NCBI GenBank assembly: GCA_964543385.1
Contig: CAZIYE010000001.1
Location: forward strand, 422,755 to 486,754
DNA from: an uncultured Candidatus Saccharibacteria bacterium
Lineage (GTDB): Bacteria > Patescibacteriota > UBA1384 > XYA2-FULL-43-10 > 1-14-0-10-43-13
Reading direction: 5' to 3'
Length of the DNA stretch: 64,000 nucleotides
The notes below the pieces were generated by a model. It was not told the origin of the DNA and searched no databases. It saw only the letters and a list, made by a program, of their open reading frames with translations. Numbering within the stretch: the stretch's first letter is position 1; the number at the start of each line of letters is the position of its first letter. Below are positions 20,297-29,843 of this stretch, piece by piece. The position numbers were made by a program, and so were the translations under genes.

Positions 20297-20916
20297 TTCG
20301 GGCAGAAGTGATTTACGGACTAATTGGAAATTAGTTTTTTAATAATATTCCAGCCGCGTCAACTTATGCCCTCCATAAGAGGCTTTGATATTGTGTCTCC
20401 GCCAAAAGATTTGTGATCCCTTGATAGAAACTATCTTGTCCTCTTAAATTTCTTGTTTGTGTCATGAACTTGGCGGGTCAAATTTCAATTCAAACCCGGT
20501 CAGACACTTTTTTATTTTCGAGTAATCCCTTTGAAGGATATATATCTTCCAAAAGAATATTACTTCATCTTGCTAATTTCTTAGCAAGAATGAGCTGGGG
20601 AGGAGTTCTTTCACCGATTCACTTTTGAAGTGACTTTGTAAAAGATTCGATAACCATTAATTTTCTAGATTATTTCCTCCTCTCAAGAGTAAGGTAGGGG
20701 TGGACCTTTCTCTTGTCCCATCTCATTCTAGCTAAAGAAAAAGACATTCCGGAAGGAATGCCAATTTTGCGATTCCCTCCAAGCACTTATTTGATTGTTA
20801 ATGTACTACTAAATTAAACCATTGTATCAATTAGAACACATCTTGTCAATAGTATGCTTGCAAATTTACACACCTATAAATAAATATTTAATATAGGACT
20901 TAGTAATTTTTAAAAA

Positions 20917-21321
20917 TTATTCCCCTGCCCCTGGAGAATATTGGCCAAAACCATTTCTGTTTTCAAAGTTTGATTTTTTTGGCAGCAGCTTTGCGCTGAC
21001 AACAAATTTCCTATTAGCAATTTCGTCAGTCTGGCTCTCCTGATAAAACTGCATTAGCTCTGCTGATAAAATTTCTTTCAGCGTCGACATTTCTTCCATA
21101 TTATTCTTTATATTAGCTAGTACTTCTTGATTTGGACCCTTGCCCAAAATCTCATCCTTAATCTGCTTCTTTTTCTGGCCTGCAGCTTTAGTTTCCTCGG
21201 CAGCTTCTAAATATGCCAAATCATTCTCCAATTCACCCTTCAGCATTTCCTTTGAGATTTTCACCTCTTCCTGTAATTTTTCTAGTTGATCGATCCTTTT
21301 TTGAATAGTCGTCAAATCCAT
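20917..21321 (-). CDS. Hypothetical coiled-coil protein (134 aa)
   Basis: E/K/L-rich heptad-like sequence; last gene of the rlmN operon. Confidence 0.45.
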   Translation of the reverse strand: MDLTTIQKRIDQLEKLQEEVKISKEMLKGELENDLAYLEAAEETKAAGQKKKQIKDEILGKGPNQEVLANIKNNMEEMSTLKEILSAELMQFYQESQTDEIANRKFVVSAKLLPKKSNFENRNGFGQYSPGAGE

Positions 21322-21365
21322 GACAAAAATCTCCGATTAAATATTATCGCTCCTGCATTACATAA

Positions 21366-21875
21366 TTATTCTTTATTATGTAAAAAAAGAGTATTTTTTA
21401 AAACTTCTACAATTTCTTTCTCAACAAATTCTTGGGTAATCTGGTCTGGAGTATATTCGCCATGCGACCCGACTACGCCTCCCTCAGACGGCATCATTGT
21501 TGATACCATAATGCCAATCTTTTTAGCATAACGATTTGCTATAAAAGAAATATAGGGCGTACACTCCGGCTTATATAGGGATTTATCAAGAGAAGCAGGA
21601 TAAATATTCAGAGTAATACTGGCGGGCAGGAAATTAGCAGTGGCGTCAACATATTCTTCCTCTTCAGAAACATGAAAATCATGCTTATACTGATTCATTT
21701 GGTTGCCAACATCGACGATAACTGGCCATATAACTTCTTGTTTTAAGCGCTCAAATTCTGTCATAAATTTGTCTTGCTCAGCCTTCTCTTGAGCCTTCTC
21801 TGCTTGCAAACCATCAATGTCGTTATCAAAACGACTCATTATATTGTCAAGCTCCTTCTTGTTTTCAAAAAGCAT
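21366..21875 (-). CDS. Hypothetical protein (169 aa)
   Basis: Between rlmN and the coiled-coil ORF, same strand; no recognisable motif. Confidence 0.5.
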   Translation of the reverse strand: MLFENKKELDNIMSRFDNDIDGLQAEKAQEKAEQDKFMTEFERLKQEVIWPVIVDVGNQMNQYKHDFHVSEEEEYVDATANFLPASITLNIYPASLDKSLYKPECTPYISFIANRYAKKIGIMVSTMMPSEGGVVGSHGEYTPDQITQEFVEKEIVEVLKNTLFLHNKE

Positions 21876-21932
21876 AGCGCTCCCTTATTATTTTGTTGAC
21901 TTCATTATAACAACATCAATAGTTTTGGCAAA

Positions 21933-22952
21933 TTAATCTTCCCCTGCCAATTGACCACAAGCTGCACTTATTTCATCTCCTAGGCTTGCTCTTATTGTTG
22001 TCGGTACTCCATTTCTTTCCAATATACCCCTAAACCGTTCAACTTTTTGACGACTACTTGATTGAAAATCAGTATCACCGATTGCATTAAAGTTTATTAG
22101 GTTCACAAAGGCCAATCTGTTCTTGAGCACATCAGCAAGCGCCTGCGCATCTTTCTCGCTGTCGTTAAAATTTTCCAGCATTACATATTCGTAACTTACT
22201 CTTTTGTTGGTTCTCTCAACATACCGATCCAAAACAGCAAAAAGTTTTTCTAGTGGATTAGTTTTAGCAATTGGCATCAACTTTTCTCTAAGTTTTTGAT
22301 TTGGCGCATGGAGGCTAATAGCTAAGGTGACACCCAGATCAGCATCGGTAAATTTAGAGAGCTGAGCAACTATTCCACACGTTGAGACCGTTATATGTCG
22401 TCGTCCAAGATTAAAATAACTCGGATCGTTTAGTTCTTTAATCGCCCCAATTAAATTATCAAAGTTTAATAGTGGTTCGCCCATTCCCATAAATACAACG
22501 TTAGTCAACTTTTTATCTCTCGATTTTAATTGTCGGGCAGCGAATAAAACCTGTGAAATAATTTCCCAAAGGCTTAGATTGCGCTTGAAGCCAAGCTGGC
22601 CAGTAGCGCAAAAAAGACAGCCAGAAGGACAACCAACTTGTGAAGAAACGCAGACCGTGCTGCGCCCGTCTCGAAATTCCATCAACACCGTCTCAATTTT
22701 GGCACCATCCTCCAGCTGGAAAAGCCACTTCGTTGATCCATCCTTTGACTTTTGTTCAGCAATTAATTGAAATGGCACTATGCTTGTCGCTGCGGCCATC
22801 TTCTCACGCTCTTCTTTGCCAATCGTTGTGATATCAGATGGACTATCAACCAAATTTACCCAGACAGCATGACGAATCTGTTTTTGTCTTAACGAGGTCT
22901 GATTTTTTAGATAATCATAAAATTCCATATTATTCCTACTCCTGAGATCCAC
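21933..22952 (-). CDS. rlmN: Radical-SAM 23S rRNA (A2503-C2)/tRNA (A37-C2) methyltransferase
   Basis: CVSSQVGCPSGCLFCATG (CxxxCxxC), MGMGEPLLN and the C-terminal Cys; 339 aa. Confidence 0.9.
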   Translation of the reverse strand: MDLRSRNNMEFYDYLKNQTSLRQKQIRHAVWVNLVDSPSDITTIGKEEREKMAAATSIVPFQLIAEQKSKDGSTKWLFQLEDGAKIETVLMEFRDGRSTVCVSSQVGCPSGCLFCATGQLGFKRNLSLWEIISQVLFAARQLKSRDKKLTNVVFMGMGEPLLNFDNLIGAIKELNDPSYFNLGRRHITVSTCGIVAQLSKFTDADLGVTLAISLHAPNQKLREKLMPIAKTNPLEKLFAVLDRYVERTNKRVSYEYVMLENFNDSEKDAQALADVLKNRLAFVNLINFNAIGDTDFQSSSRQKVERFRGILERNGVPTTIRASLGDEISAACGQLAGED

Positions 22953-24348
22953 CTGGTGCCTCGCGCCTCTTCTCTATATCCCCGAATCTCATTTGAGCCG
23001 GATTGAAGAACAATTCGAGATTACCGATTGGACCATTTCTATGTTTTCTTATTAAAACTTCTGTTATCCCTTTTCTTTCTGATTCAGGGTGATAATATTC
23101 GTCGCGATATAGAAACATTACGATATCAGCATCCTGTTCTATGGAGCCAGACTCACGCAGATCGGACAATTGTGGACGCTTGTCGTCACGATGTTCAACA
23201 GCACGAGAGAGCTGTGACAATGCGATAATTGGCACATTCAATTCTCTTGCGAGACCCTTTAGGCCTCTTGAGATTTCTGAAATTTCTTGAACCCTATTGC
23301 CTTCCGAGCTCCGACTATGACCAGACATAAGCTGCAAATAGTCAATAATGATAAGGCCAAGTCCATGTTCCATTTGCAACCTTCTTGCCTTTGCCCTTAT
23401 CTCCATAATATTGCCGCCGGCTGAATCATCAATAAACAATGGTGCCTCAGAAAGAACACCCATGGCATAGCCAATTTTTGGGAAGTCGTCATCAGAAAGA
23501 TTACCCGTTCTCAATTTCCACGAGTCAACACCGGCCTGCGAAGATAATAGACGATCTACGAGCTGATCTTTACTCATTTCTAATGAAAATATAGCAACAG
23601 GCAATTTCTCATCTATAGCAGCGTTTTCAGCCAAGTTTAGAGCGAAAGAAGTTTTACCCATCGATGGCCTAGCAGCCAGAATAATCAAATCCGACTGTTG
23701 AAAACCAGCAGTTACATTATCTAGTGCTTTAAAACCACTGGGAACGCCTCTAATCGCGCCCTTATCTTTGTCCTTGTGGATTTTATCTATTCTATCAAAG
23801 GCATCTGTGAGAACATCCTTGATGGCAATAAATTTATTCTTCATCGACTTTTGTGAAATGGAGAAAAGTGATTGTTCTGCCGAATCTAAAACCTCGGAAA
23901 TTTCGCCGTCTTCTTCATAACCAAGCTCCGTAATATTTGCTCCAGCACTAATCAGACGCCGCAAAATAGCCTTGTCGCGGACAATCTGAGCATAATAAGC
24001 AATGTTTGCAGCAGAAGGAGTGTTATTAACAATTTCCGCCAAATAACTAGATCCGCCAACTTGTTTTATTTTACCTGCGTTCTCCAGTATTTCGGAGAGC
24101 GTAACGATATCTATCGGCATTCTTTTTTCAAACAAATTTGCCATTGCCTCATAGACAATACCATGACGACTATCATAAAAATCCTCGTGGGTGATGACGT
24201 CTGCTACCTTGATAATTGCATCTTTATCTAACAAAATGGCGCCGAGAATACTTCTCTCCGCTTCTACGTTTTGAGGAGGCATACGCAAACCAGATGGCTT
24301 GTTGGCTGGCTCCTGATTACGACTAGATTTTTGCTCTTTTACAGGCAT
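22936..24348 (-). CDS. dnaB: Replicative DNA helicase DnaB
   Basis: N-terminal DnaB domain (ERSILGAILLD), Walker A GMGKTSFALN, RecA-like C-terminus; 470 aa. Confidence 0.9.
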   Translation of the reverse strand: MPVKEQKSSRNQEPANKPSGLRMPPQNVEAERSILGAILLDKDAIIKVADVITHEDFYDSRHGIVYEAMANLFEKRMPIDIVTLSEILENAGKIKQVGGSSYLAEIVNNTPSAANIAYYAQIVRDKAILRRLISAGANITELGYEEDGEISEVLDSAEQSLFSISQKSMKNKFIAIKDVLTDAFDRIDKIHKDKDKGAIRGVPSGFKALDNVTAGFQQSDLIILAARPSMGKTSFALNLAENAAIDEKLPVAIFSLEMSKDQLVDRLLSSQAGVDSWKLRTGNLSDDDFPKIGYAMGVLSEAPLFIDDSAGGNIMEIRAKARRLQMEHGLGLIIIDYLQLMSGHSRSSEGNRVQEISEISRGLKGLARELNVPIIALSQLSRAVEHRDDKRPQLSDLRESGSIEQDADIVMFLYRDEYYHPESERKGITEVLIRKHRNGPIGNLELFFNPAQMRFGDIEKRREAPGGSQE

Positions 24349-24362
24349 TTGTTTATCCCTTA

Positions 24363-25940
24363 CTACGTTTCAAAGATTTCAGTAACAGCCTTTTCCTGAT
24401 CAATATTTTCTTCTTTATTTATGGATTTTGAACTACTATCAGCTATTTTGCAACATACTTTGTATTTAGATCCTGTAACTTGAGAGATAATACTTTCCAA
24501 TACATCACGATTCTTCTTCTCAGAAATTCTGTCTTTGTGAAACTTAAATTTTACTCCGAGGGTAAGAGTATCGTTTGTCATTTGCTCTGGCTTTGCATCT
24601 CGCAGCAACGCAGCAAGAGTTGAATTCTCCTTTTTAGTTGACTCGATAACTTGGCACCAAATATCCTGCGTCATTTCCAGAACTGGTACAGGTACAGTTG
24701 CTGATGTGCACTGGCTATCTTTTTCGACAGAATTAGGCCGTGGCTCAAAAACAGCTTTTTCTTCAATTGGTGGAGTTTTAACCACCTTTTTGTCCTGCGA
24801 CACAATAGCTTGAGATTTTGTCGCTGGTATATCAATAATTTTAAATTCACTGTTTACGGATTTAACTACTGCTATTTCCAAGGGCAGCATCGGATACTGT
24901 ACATCCTTCAGCAAAGAGCTAGCTTCTATAAAAGAATCAATTACTTTCATTATTTTAACAAGATCAGTTTTTGAGGATAGTTCCCTGATTTTTGCAATGT
25001 TTTCCAATGTATCTTCGAAAACAGTCTCTGCATTAATGCTACAGAGCATGACCCTTCTTAAGGTTTCTATAACCTTGCGATTAAATTCCAAAAGGTCATG
25101 CCCCGAATCAAAAAGTCTCCTGGCGATTTTTAATCCCTCCTCCGGGTTTTTATTAAAAATTGCACCAACAAAGAGTAAAACTTCGTTATCCTCTGCAACA
25201 CCAAGAATTTTTCTAGTTATCTCTATGTTAATTTTACTATTTGCAGATGAAACTTGTTCAAGCAGGCCCAATGCATCCCTGTGGCCACCAGCAGCAACTA
25301 CAGCAATCAAATCTAGTGAGGCATCATCAATAGTTATATCCTCTGCTTTGCAAACATTTTTCAAGTTTGTGATGATCTCTTCTTTTGCTGCTCTTTTGAA
25401 ATCAAACCTTTGGGTTCTAGAAATAATAGTCGCCGGTATCTTATGAGTCTCAGTTGTGGCTAAAATAAAAACAGCATGGCTTGGCGGCTCCTCAAGGGTC
25501 TTTAAAAGCGCATTGAAGGCGCTTTTAGACAACATATGAACCTCATCTATGATATAAACCTTTTTGGGAGATTTAGTTGGTGACAAACGAGCTTTCTCGA
25601 TCAAATCGCGAACATCATCTACTCCTGTATGCGAAGCGGCATCTATTTCAATAACATCAAGAGATTTGCCAGCAGCTATTTCTAAGCATGAATTACACTC
25701 GTTGCATGGCTCTCCAGAAAATTCCTCTTTTTTGTTTTTCGAATCATTTATCTTTTGACAATTAATTGCTTTAGCAAGTAATCTAGCAGTCGAAGTTTTG
25801 CCAATACCTCTTGGACCAGTCAAAAGATAGGTATGGACAAGTTTGTCACTCCTGATACTCTCGAGTAATGTTTTTGCCACATGCTCTTGACCAACAAGTT
25901 CGCCAAATGTTTTCGAACGATATTTCTGATAAAAAGCCAT
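24363..25940 (-). CDS. dnaX: DNA polymerase III subunit gamma/tau
   Basis: GPRGIGKTSTARLLAKAINC (Walker A plus Zn module CxxC), DEVHMLS, SRTQRF sensor; 525 aa. Confidence 0.9.
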   Translation of the reverse strand: MAFYQKYRSKTFGELVGQEHVAKTLLESIRSDKLVHTYLLTGPRGIGKTSTARLLAKAINCQKINDSKNKKEEFSGEPCNECNSCLEIAAGKSLDVIEIDAASHTGVDDVRDLIEKARLSPTKSPKKVYIIDEVHMLSKSAFNALLKTLEEPPSHAVFILATTETHKIPATIISRTQRFDFKRAAKEEIITNLKNVCKAEDITIDDASLDLIAVVAAGGHRDALGLLEQVSSANSKINIEITRKILGVAEDNEVLLFVGAIFNKNPEEGLKIARRLFDSGHDLLEFNRKVIETLRRVMLCSINAETVFEDTLENIAKIRELSSKTDLVKIMKVIDSFIEASSLLKDVQYPMLPLEIAVVKSVNSEFKIIDIPATKSQAIVSQDKKVVKTPPIEEKAVFEPRPNSVEKDSQCTSATVPVPVLEMTQDIWCQVIESTKKENSTLAALLRDAKPEQMTNDTLTLGVKFKFHKDRISEKKNRDVLESIISQVTGSKYKVCCKIADSSSKSINKEENIDQEKAVTEIFET

Positions 25941-25949
25941 AAAAGTCAG

Positions 25950-25977
25950 AATTAAGAATTAAGAATTAAGAATTAAG
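25950..25977. repeat. (AATTAAG)4 heptamer tandem repeat directly upstream of the dnaX start codon
   Basis: Four perfect 7-bp units counted in the sequence. Confidence 0.8.
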
Positions 25978-26099
25978 CTAGTTTATGCTTACTTCCTACT
26001 TCTTATTGCTTACCGCTGACTACTTTCTCATTATAGAGTTAAGTTGTGTGTTTAAAAAATACTGCTTGCCTCACCTCAAAAATACTAAGTCCTGCCAAA

Positions 26100-26127
26100 G
26101 GAAAATGGAAAATGGAAAATGGAAAAT
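26100..26127. repeat. (GGAAAAT)4 heptamer tandem repeat, about 190 bp upstream of the pilus operon
   Basis: Four perfect 7-bp units counted in the sequence. Confidence 0.8.
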
Positions 26128-26317
26128 ATATATTTGTCCCCAGATAATCCACAGACATATACACAAATAGCTTATTTGAAGTCTTGTTTTTTAGTCTCCA
26201 ACTTTATAAACCTTTGTTTAGCGAACTTGTAATGGTTATATTTCCGCTTTTTTCGCAGTTAATTACTTGTTTTTAATATAATAAAAAAGTAAAATGTACT
26301 AAAGGAGCGGAAACAAA

Positions 26318-28639
26318 ATGAACAAGACAGAACTAGCTAAAATTTTAGCTAGCAAAATCAAAAAAGACCCGAAAGTTGCCGAAAAAATGATCAATTCTTT
26401 TGGCGATACTGTTACTGAAGTATTATCAAAAGGCGGCAAAATCGTCTATTCTAACTTCGGTACTTTTTATACTGTTCATTATCCATCTAAGGTTATTTAC
26501 CATCCAACGCTTGGCACTAAGAAAAAAATGATCATGTTACCTACAAATGCAGTCAAATGGATGCCATCAGGTAATATTAAAGATATGGTAAATTCCGGCA
26601 AAGAAATCGAGGGAGCGACAACTTTTGGCGCCAGCAAAAAAATTAAGGATCTGCATCTCAACCCCGCAGTAGAAGAAACTATAATTGATAATACAAAAGA
26701 TATGGATAAAAGCCAGGAAATTGGTGGTTCATTGACATATTCTAGCTCAGAGCATGAAGATCAAGAGGAAGTTGAAATCCCTATCCGTAATATTTCAAAG
26801 AATAAAATCGAGGATAATACGACTATTGATGATAAGAAAGCTACTCCGGCAGTAGAAGACAAAGATGGTTTCTGGGATCAACTATTTAAAAAAGCAAACG
26901 ACGATTCCAAAAATATCGACCAAAGCAAAAAAATAGAGACAGATAGTATAGATAGCAAAAATGATAAATCACCCTCAGTCGGATTGGGCTTGTTTGGTGC
27001 CAATACGTCGTCGAAACAAGAAATCAAAGCCCCTACTCCTAATGTCATAGATGGTCAAAATATCGAGCCAGAAGAAGAAAGCCTATCTCCTTACATAAAC
27101 AGAAAAACTTCCATCTCATATATCGACTTATCCAAGACGACAGTACCCAAAGAAATCTTACAAATGATTTCAGAAAAAATTGCCAGAGAATATAAAATTG
27201 TTCCAGTCGAAGATAGTAATGATGGACTAGTGGTTGGCATGGTCGACCCAGAAGATATTGAAGCAATAGAGATTGTGAAAAAGATTATCGGCAAAAAGGT
27301 TTTGCCAAAGCTGACAACTGAAACTGACCTAAACCACGTTTTGGACCAATACCAAGGTTTCGAAAGTGAGGTGAAGGAAGCGATTGAAGATGTTGAAGAT
27401 AAAGATCATAAAAAAGAAGAAGATCAAAAATCTGCGTCGATAATATCAAGCTCCGCGCCAGCATCTAGGATTGTTAGTTCGCTATTAAAACGAGCCATTA
27501 GAGATAAGGCATCAGACATACATATAGAACCATATGAGGATGAAGTGACTGTACGTTTTCGTATTGATGGCGTCCTACATAAGAAAGTATCTCTGCCAAA
27601 AGATATTCAGCAAGCAGTAGTTTCACGCATCAAAATTTTATCAAACCTAAAAATAGACGAGCAACGTCTACCACAAGATGGACGCTTTAGTATTATGGCA
27701 GACAACCGTAAAGTTGATTTTCGTGTCTCAACCATGCCAATTGCAAATGGCGAAAAAGTAGTTATGAGAATCTTGGATAAGCTCTCAGGGATAATTTCAA
27801 TTGATGACCTAGGCTTTCGAGAAAGAGATTTTTCTCTTATCAATAATAGCTGCCAAAAATCTCATGGAATGATCTTAGTAACTGGCCCTACTGGATCGGG
27901 CAAGACAACAACTCTTTACGCCCTGATACAGAAAATATACAGCGAAGGTATTAATATCATTACTTTAGAGGACCCTATCGAATACCAAATCCCCGGCATT
28001 AATCAGAGCCAGGTGAATGCGGAAATAGATTACACTTTTGCCTCCGGCCTGCGCTCCATTTTACGTCAAGACCCGGATGTCGTTATGATTGGAGAGATAA
28101 GAGATAGAGAAACAGCTGAGATGGCCGTACACGCAGCCTTGACTGGTCATGTTGTTCTTTCCACACTTCATACCAATGATTCTGCAGGCGCAATTCCTAG
28201 ATTAGTAGATATGAATATAGAACCATTTCTATTAAATTCATCTCTAAATCTGATTCTAGCCCAAAGATTAGCGAGAAGAATTTGTGATTCCTGCAAAGAA
28301 GAAATAAATCCATCCCAAGACCAATTAAAACTAATTAAGAATGAATTAGACAAAATGCCCCGTGAAGAAAAGGCAAAAATCGGTAATAAAATTAAATTTT
28401 ACAAGGGCAAGGGCTGTAAAGATTGTTCCAATACTGGATATAAAGGCAGAATAGGAATTTATGAAGTGCTTGAAGTTGATAAGAAGATAAAAGATTTAGT
28501 CGCCAATAAAGCGTCGTCGAATGGGATTGAGGAGAGTGCTATTCAAAATGGCATGACGACAATGATACAAGATGGAATTTTAAAAGCAATCAGCGGTCTT
28601 ACTACAATTGAAGAAGTATGGAGGGTCACCAAGGAATAA
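26318..28639 (+). CDS. pilB: Type IV pilus assembly ATPase PilB/GspE with an N-terminal HU/IHF-like DNA-binding domain and an acidic low-complexity linker
   Basis: AAGGAG RBS. Residues 1-95 (MNKTELAKILASK...FGTFYTVHYPSKVIYHPTLGTKKKMIMLPTNAVKWMPSGNIKDMV) match the HU-fold pattern (MNK.EL...FGTF...P.TG..I.I...P.F..G...KD.V). About 165-aa D/E/K/S-rich linker. GspE_N domain. Walker A GPTGSGKTTT, His box, tetracysteine CDSC...CKDC. One uninterrupted 773-codon frame. Confidence 0.85.
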   Translation: MNKTELAKILASKIKKDPKVAEKMINSFGDTVTEVLSKGGKIVYSNFGTFYTVHYPSKVIYHPTLGTKKKMIMLPTNAVKWMPSGNIKDMVNSGKEIEGATTFGASKKIKDLHLNPAVEETIIDNTKDMDKSQEIGGSLTYSSSEHEDQEEVEIPIRNISKNKIEDNTTIDDKKATPAVEDKDGFWDQLFKKANDDSKNIDQSKKIETDSIDSKNDKSPSVGLGLFGANTSSKQEIKAPTPNVIDGQNIEPEEESLSPYINRKTSISYIDLSKTTVPKEILQMISEKIAREYKIVPVEDSNDGLVVGMVDPEDIEAIEIVKKIIGKKVLPKLTTETDLNHVLDQYQGFESEVKEAIEDVEDKDHKKEEDQKSASIISSSAPASRIVSSLLKRAIRDKASDIHIEPYEDEVTVRFRIDGVLHKKVSLPKDIQQAVVSRIKILSNLKIDEQRLPQDGRFSIMADNRKVDFRVSTMPIANGEKVVMRILDKLSGIISIDDLGFRERDFSLINNSCQKSHGMILVTGPTGSGKTTTLYALIQKIYSEGINIITLEDPIEYQIPGINQSQVNAEIDYTFASGLRSILRQDPDVVMIGEIRDRETAEMAVHAALTGHVVLSTLHTNDSAGAIPRLVDMNIEPFLLNSSLNLILAQRLARRICDSCKEEINPSQDQLKLIKNELDKMPREEKAKIGNKIKFYKGKGCKDCSNTGYKGRIGIYEVLEVDKKIKDLVANKASSNGIEESAIQNGMTTMIQDGILKAISGLTTIEEVWRVTKE

Positions 28640-28640
28640 A

Positions 28641-29843
28641 ATGCTTTTTTACTACCAAGCAAAAAACAGCAAAGGGGAAACAAAAAGCGATTACTTAGAG
28701 ACAAACGACAAGGCGTCTGCTTTGGCATCCCTAAAACAAAATGGGCTTTATGTAGTAAAAATTATTGAAAAGGATAAGGAAGATAGAATATCTAAGATGT
28801 TTTCGAGAAATAAGATTCCCTTAAAAGATAAAATTATATTCACAAAGCAGCTTGGGATAATGATAAGGTCAGGTCTATCAATTTTAGATGCTCTGAAATC
28901 TCTCCAAGAGGAGTCTTCTAACAAGAAAATGGAGACGATAATACTCAATTTGATCTCCGAAATTGAAGGGGGATCCCCGCTTTCAAAGGCACTTGCAAAC
29001 CACAGAGAGGTATTTGGTGACATTTATATCAGCATGGTCCAATCTGGCGAAAAATCAGGAAAAGTTGATACTGTTCTAGAACGCTTGAACACTCAATTAG
29101 AGAATGATTATGATCTTCAAAGAAAAATTAAAGGAGCCCTTTCCTATCCAATCTTTATACTTGTGACTATGATTGCGGTCGTATCTTTAGTAATCGTCTT
29201 AATCATTCCACAATTGAAAGTAATCTTCGATGATGCAGGGATCAGTTTGCCGCTACTTACCAGAATGATGATAGGTCTCAGTATGCTTTTGAAACAATAT
29301 GGTATCTTCGCAGTCGCTATAATAGGCCTTCTTGTTTTTCTGGCAGCAAGATGGCGCAAAACCAATACAGGCAAATATTTCTTTGATAAAATTATACTGT
29401 CTATTCCAATTTTTGGTTCGTTGATCAAAAAGGCTTATATGGCACGCTTTACCAGGACTTTTGCTGCCCTCACATCCTCAGGTCTACCATTATTAGAAGT
29501 TTTTAAATCATCAGGCCAAGTTATCGGCAACGTTTTGTATGAAGATGAAATAAAGAAGATGTCGCGAAAAGTAGAGGATGGCGAGCAATTATCTTCAGTG
29601 TTTAAAAAAAGCAAAATGTTCCCAAGTATAATTGGTCAACTTTCAGCAGTAGGCGAAAAGTCTGGAAATATAGACGAGGTTTTCGATAGTATCGCCGACT
29701 TCTTTGATAGAGAAGTCGATGGAATTACAGGCAACCTATCTAGCCTTCTAGAGCCAATTCTAATGGTCGTTATAGGAGCAGGCATAGGCCTAGTAGTAAT
29801 ATCTGTTTTACAACCAATTTATAGTTTAGTTAACGCAATTTAA
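28641..29843 (+). CDS. pilC: Type IV pilus platform protein PilC (GspF family)
   Basis: Two GspF repeats and 3 TM helices; ATG 1 nt after the pilB stop with an AAGGAAT RBS. The ORF-track start at 28608 overlaps pilB and is less likely. Confidence 0.85.
   Translation: MLFYYQAKNSKGETKSDYLETNDKASALASLKQNGLYVVKIIEKDKEDRISKMFSRNKIPLKDKIIFTKQLGIMIRSGLSILDALKSLQEESSNKKMETIILNLISEIEGGSPLSKALANHREVFGDIYISMVQSGEKSGKVDTVLERLNTQLENDYDLQRKIKGALSYPIFILVTMIAVVSLVIVLIIPQLKVIFDDAGISLPLLTRMMIGLSMLLKQYGIFAVAIIGLLVFLAARWRKTNTGKYFFDKIILSIPIFGSLIKKAYMARFTRTFAALTSSGLPLLEVFKSSGQVIGNVLYEDEIKKMSRKVEDGEQLSSVFKKSKMFPSIIGQLSAVGEKSGNIDEVFDSIADFFDREVDGITGNLSSLLEPILMVVIGAGIGLVVISVLQPIYSLVNAI

Noticed and set aside
20735-20775. 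SRP-RNA-like TCCGGAAGGA element
   Set aside because: It matches the E. coli 4.5S helix-8 tetraloop core, but the flanking conserved AGCAGCC/GGUCAGG nucleotides are absent, so SRP RNA is unlikely. Kept only as a generic GNRA hairpin.
20300-20916. tmRNA or RNase P RNA
   Set aside because: No tRNA-like 3' end (GGUUCGAAUCC...CCA), no tag-peptide reading frame and no P4 consensus (AGGAAAGUCCGGGCUCC) were recognisable by eye on either strand. A covariance-model search is needed before excluding them.
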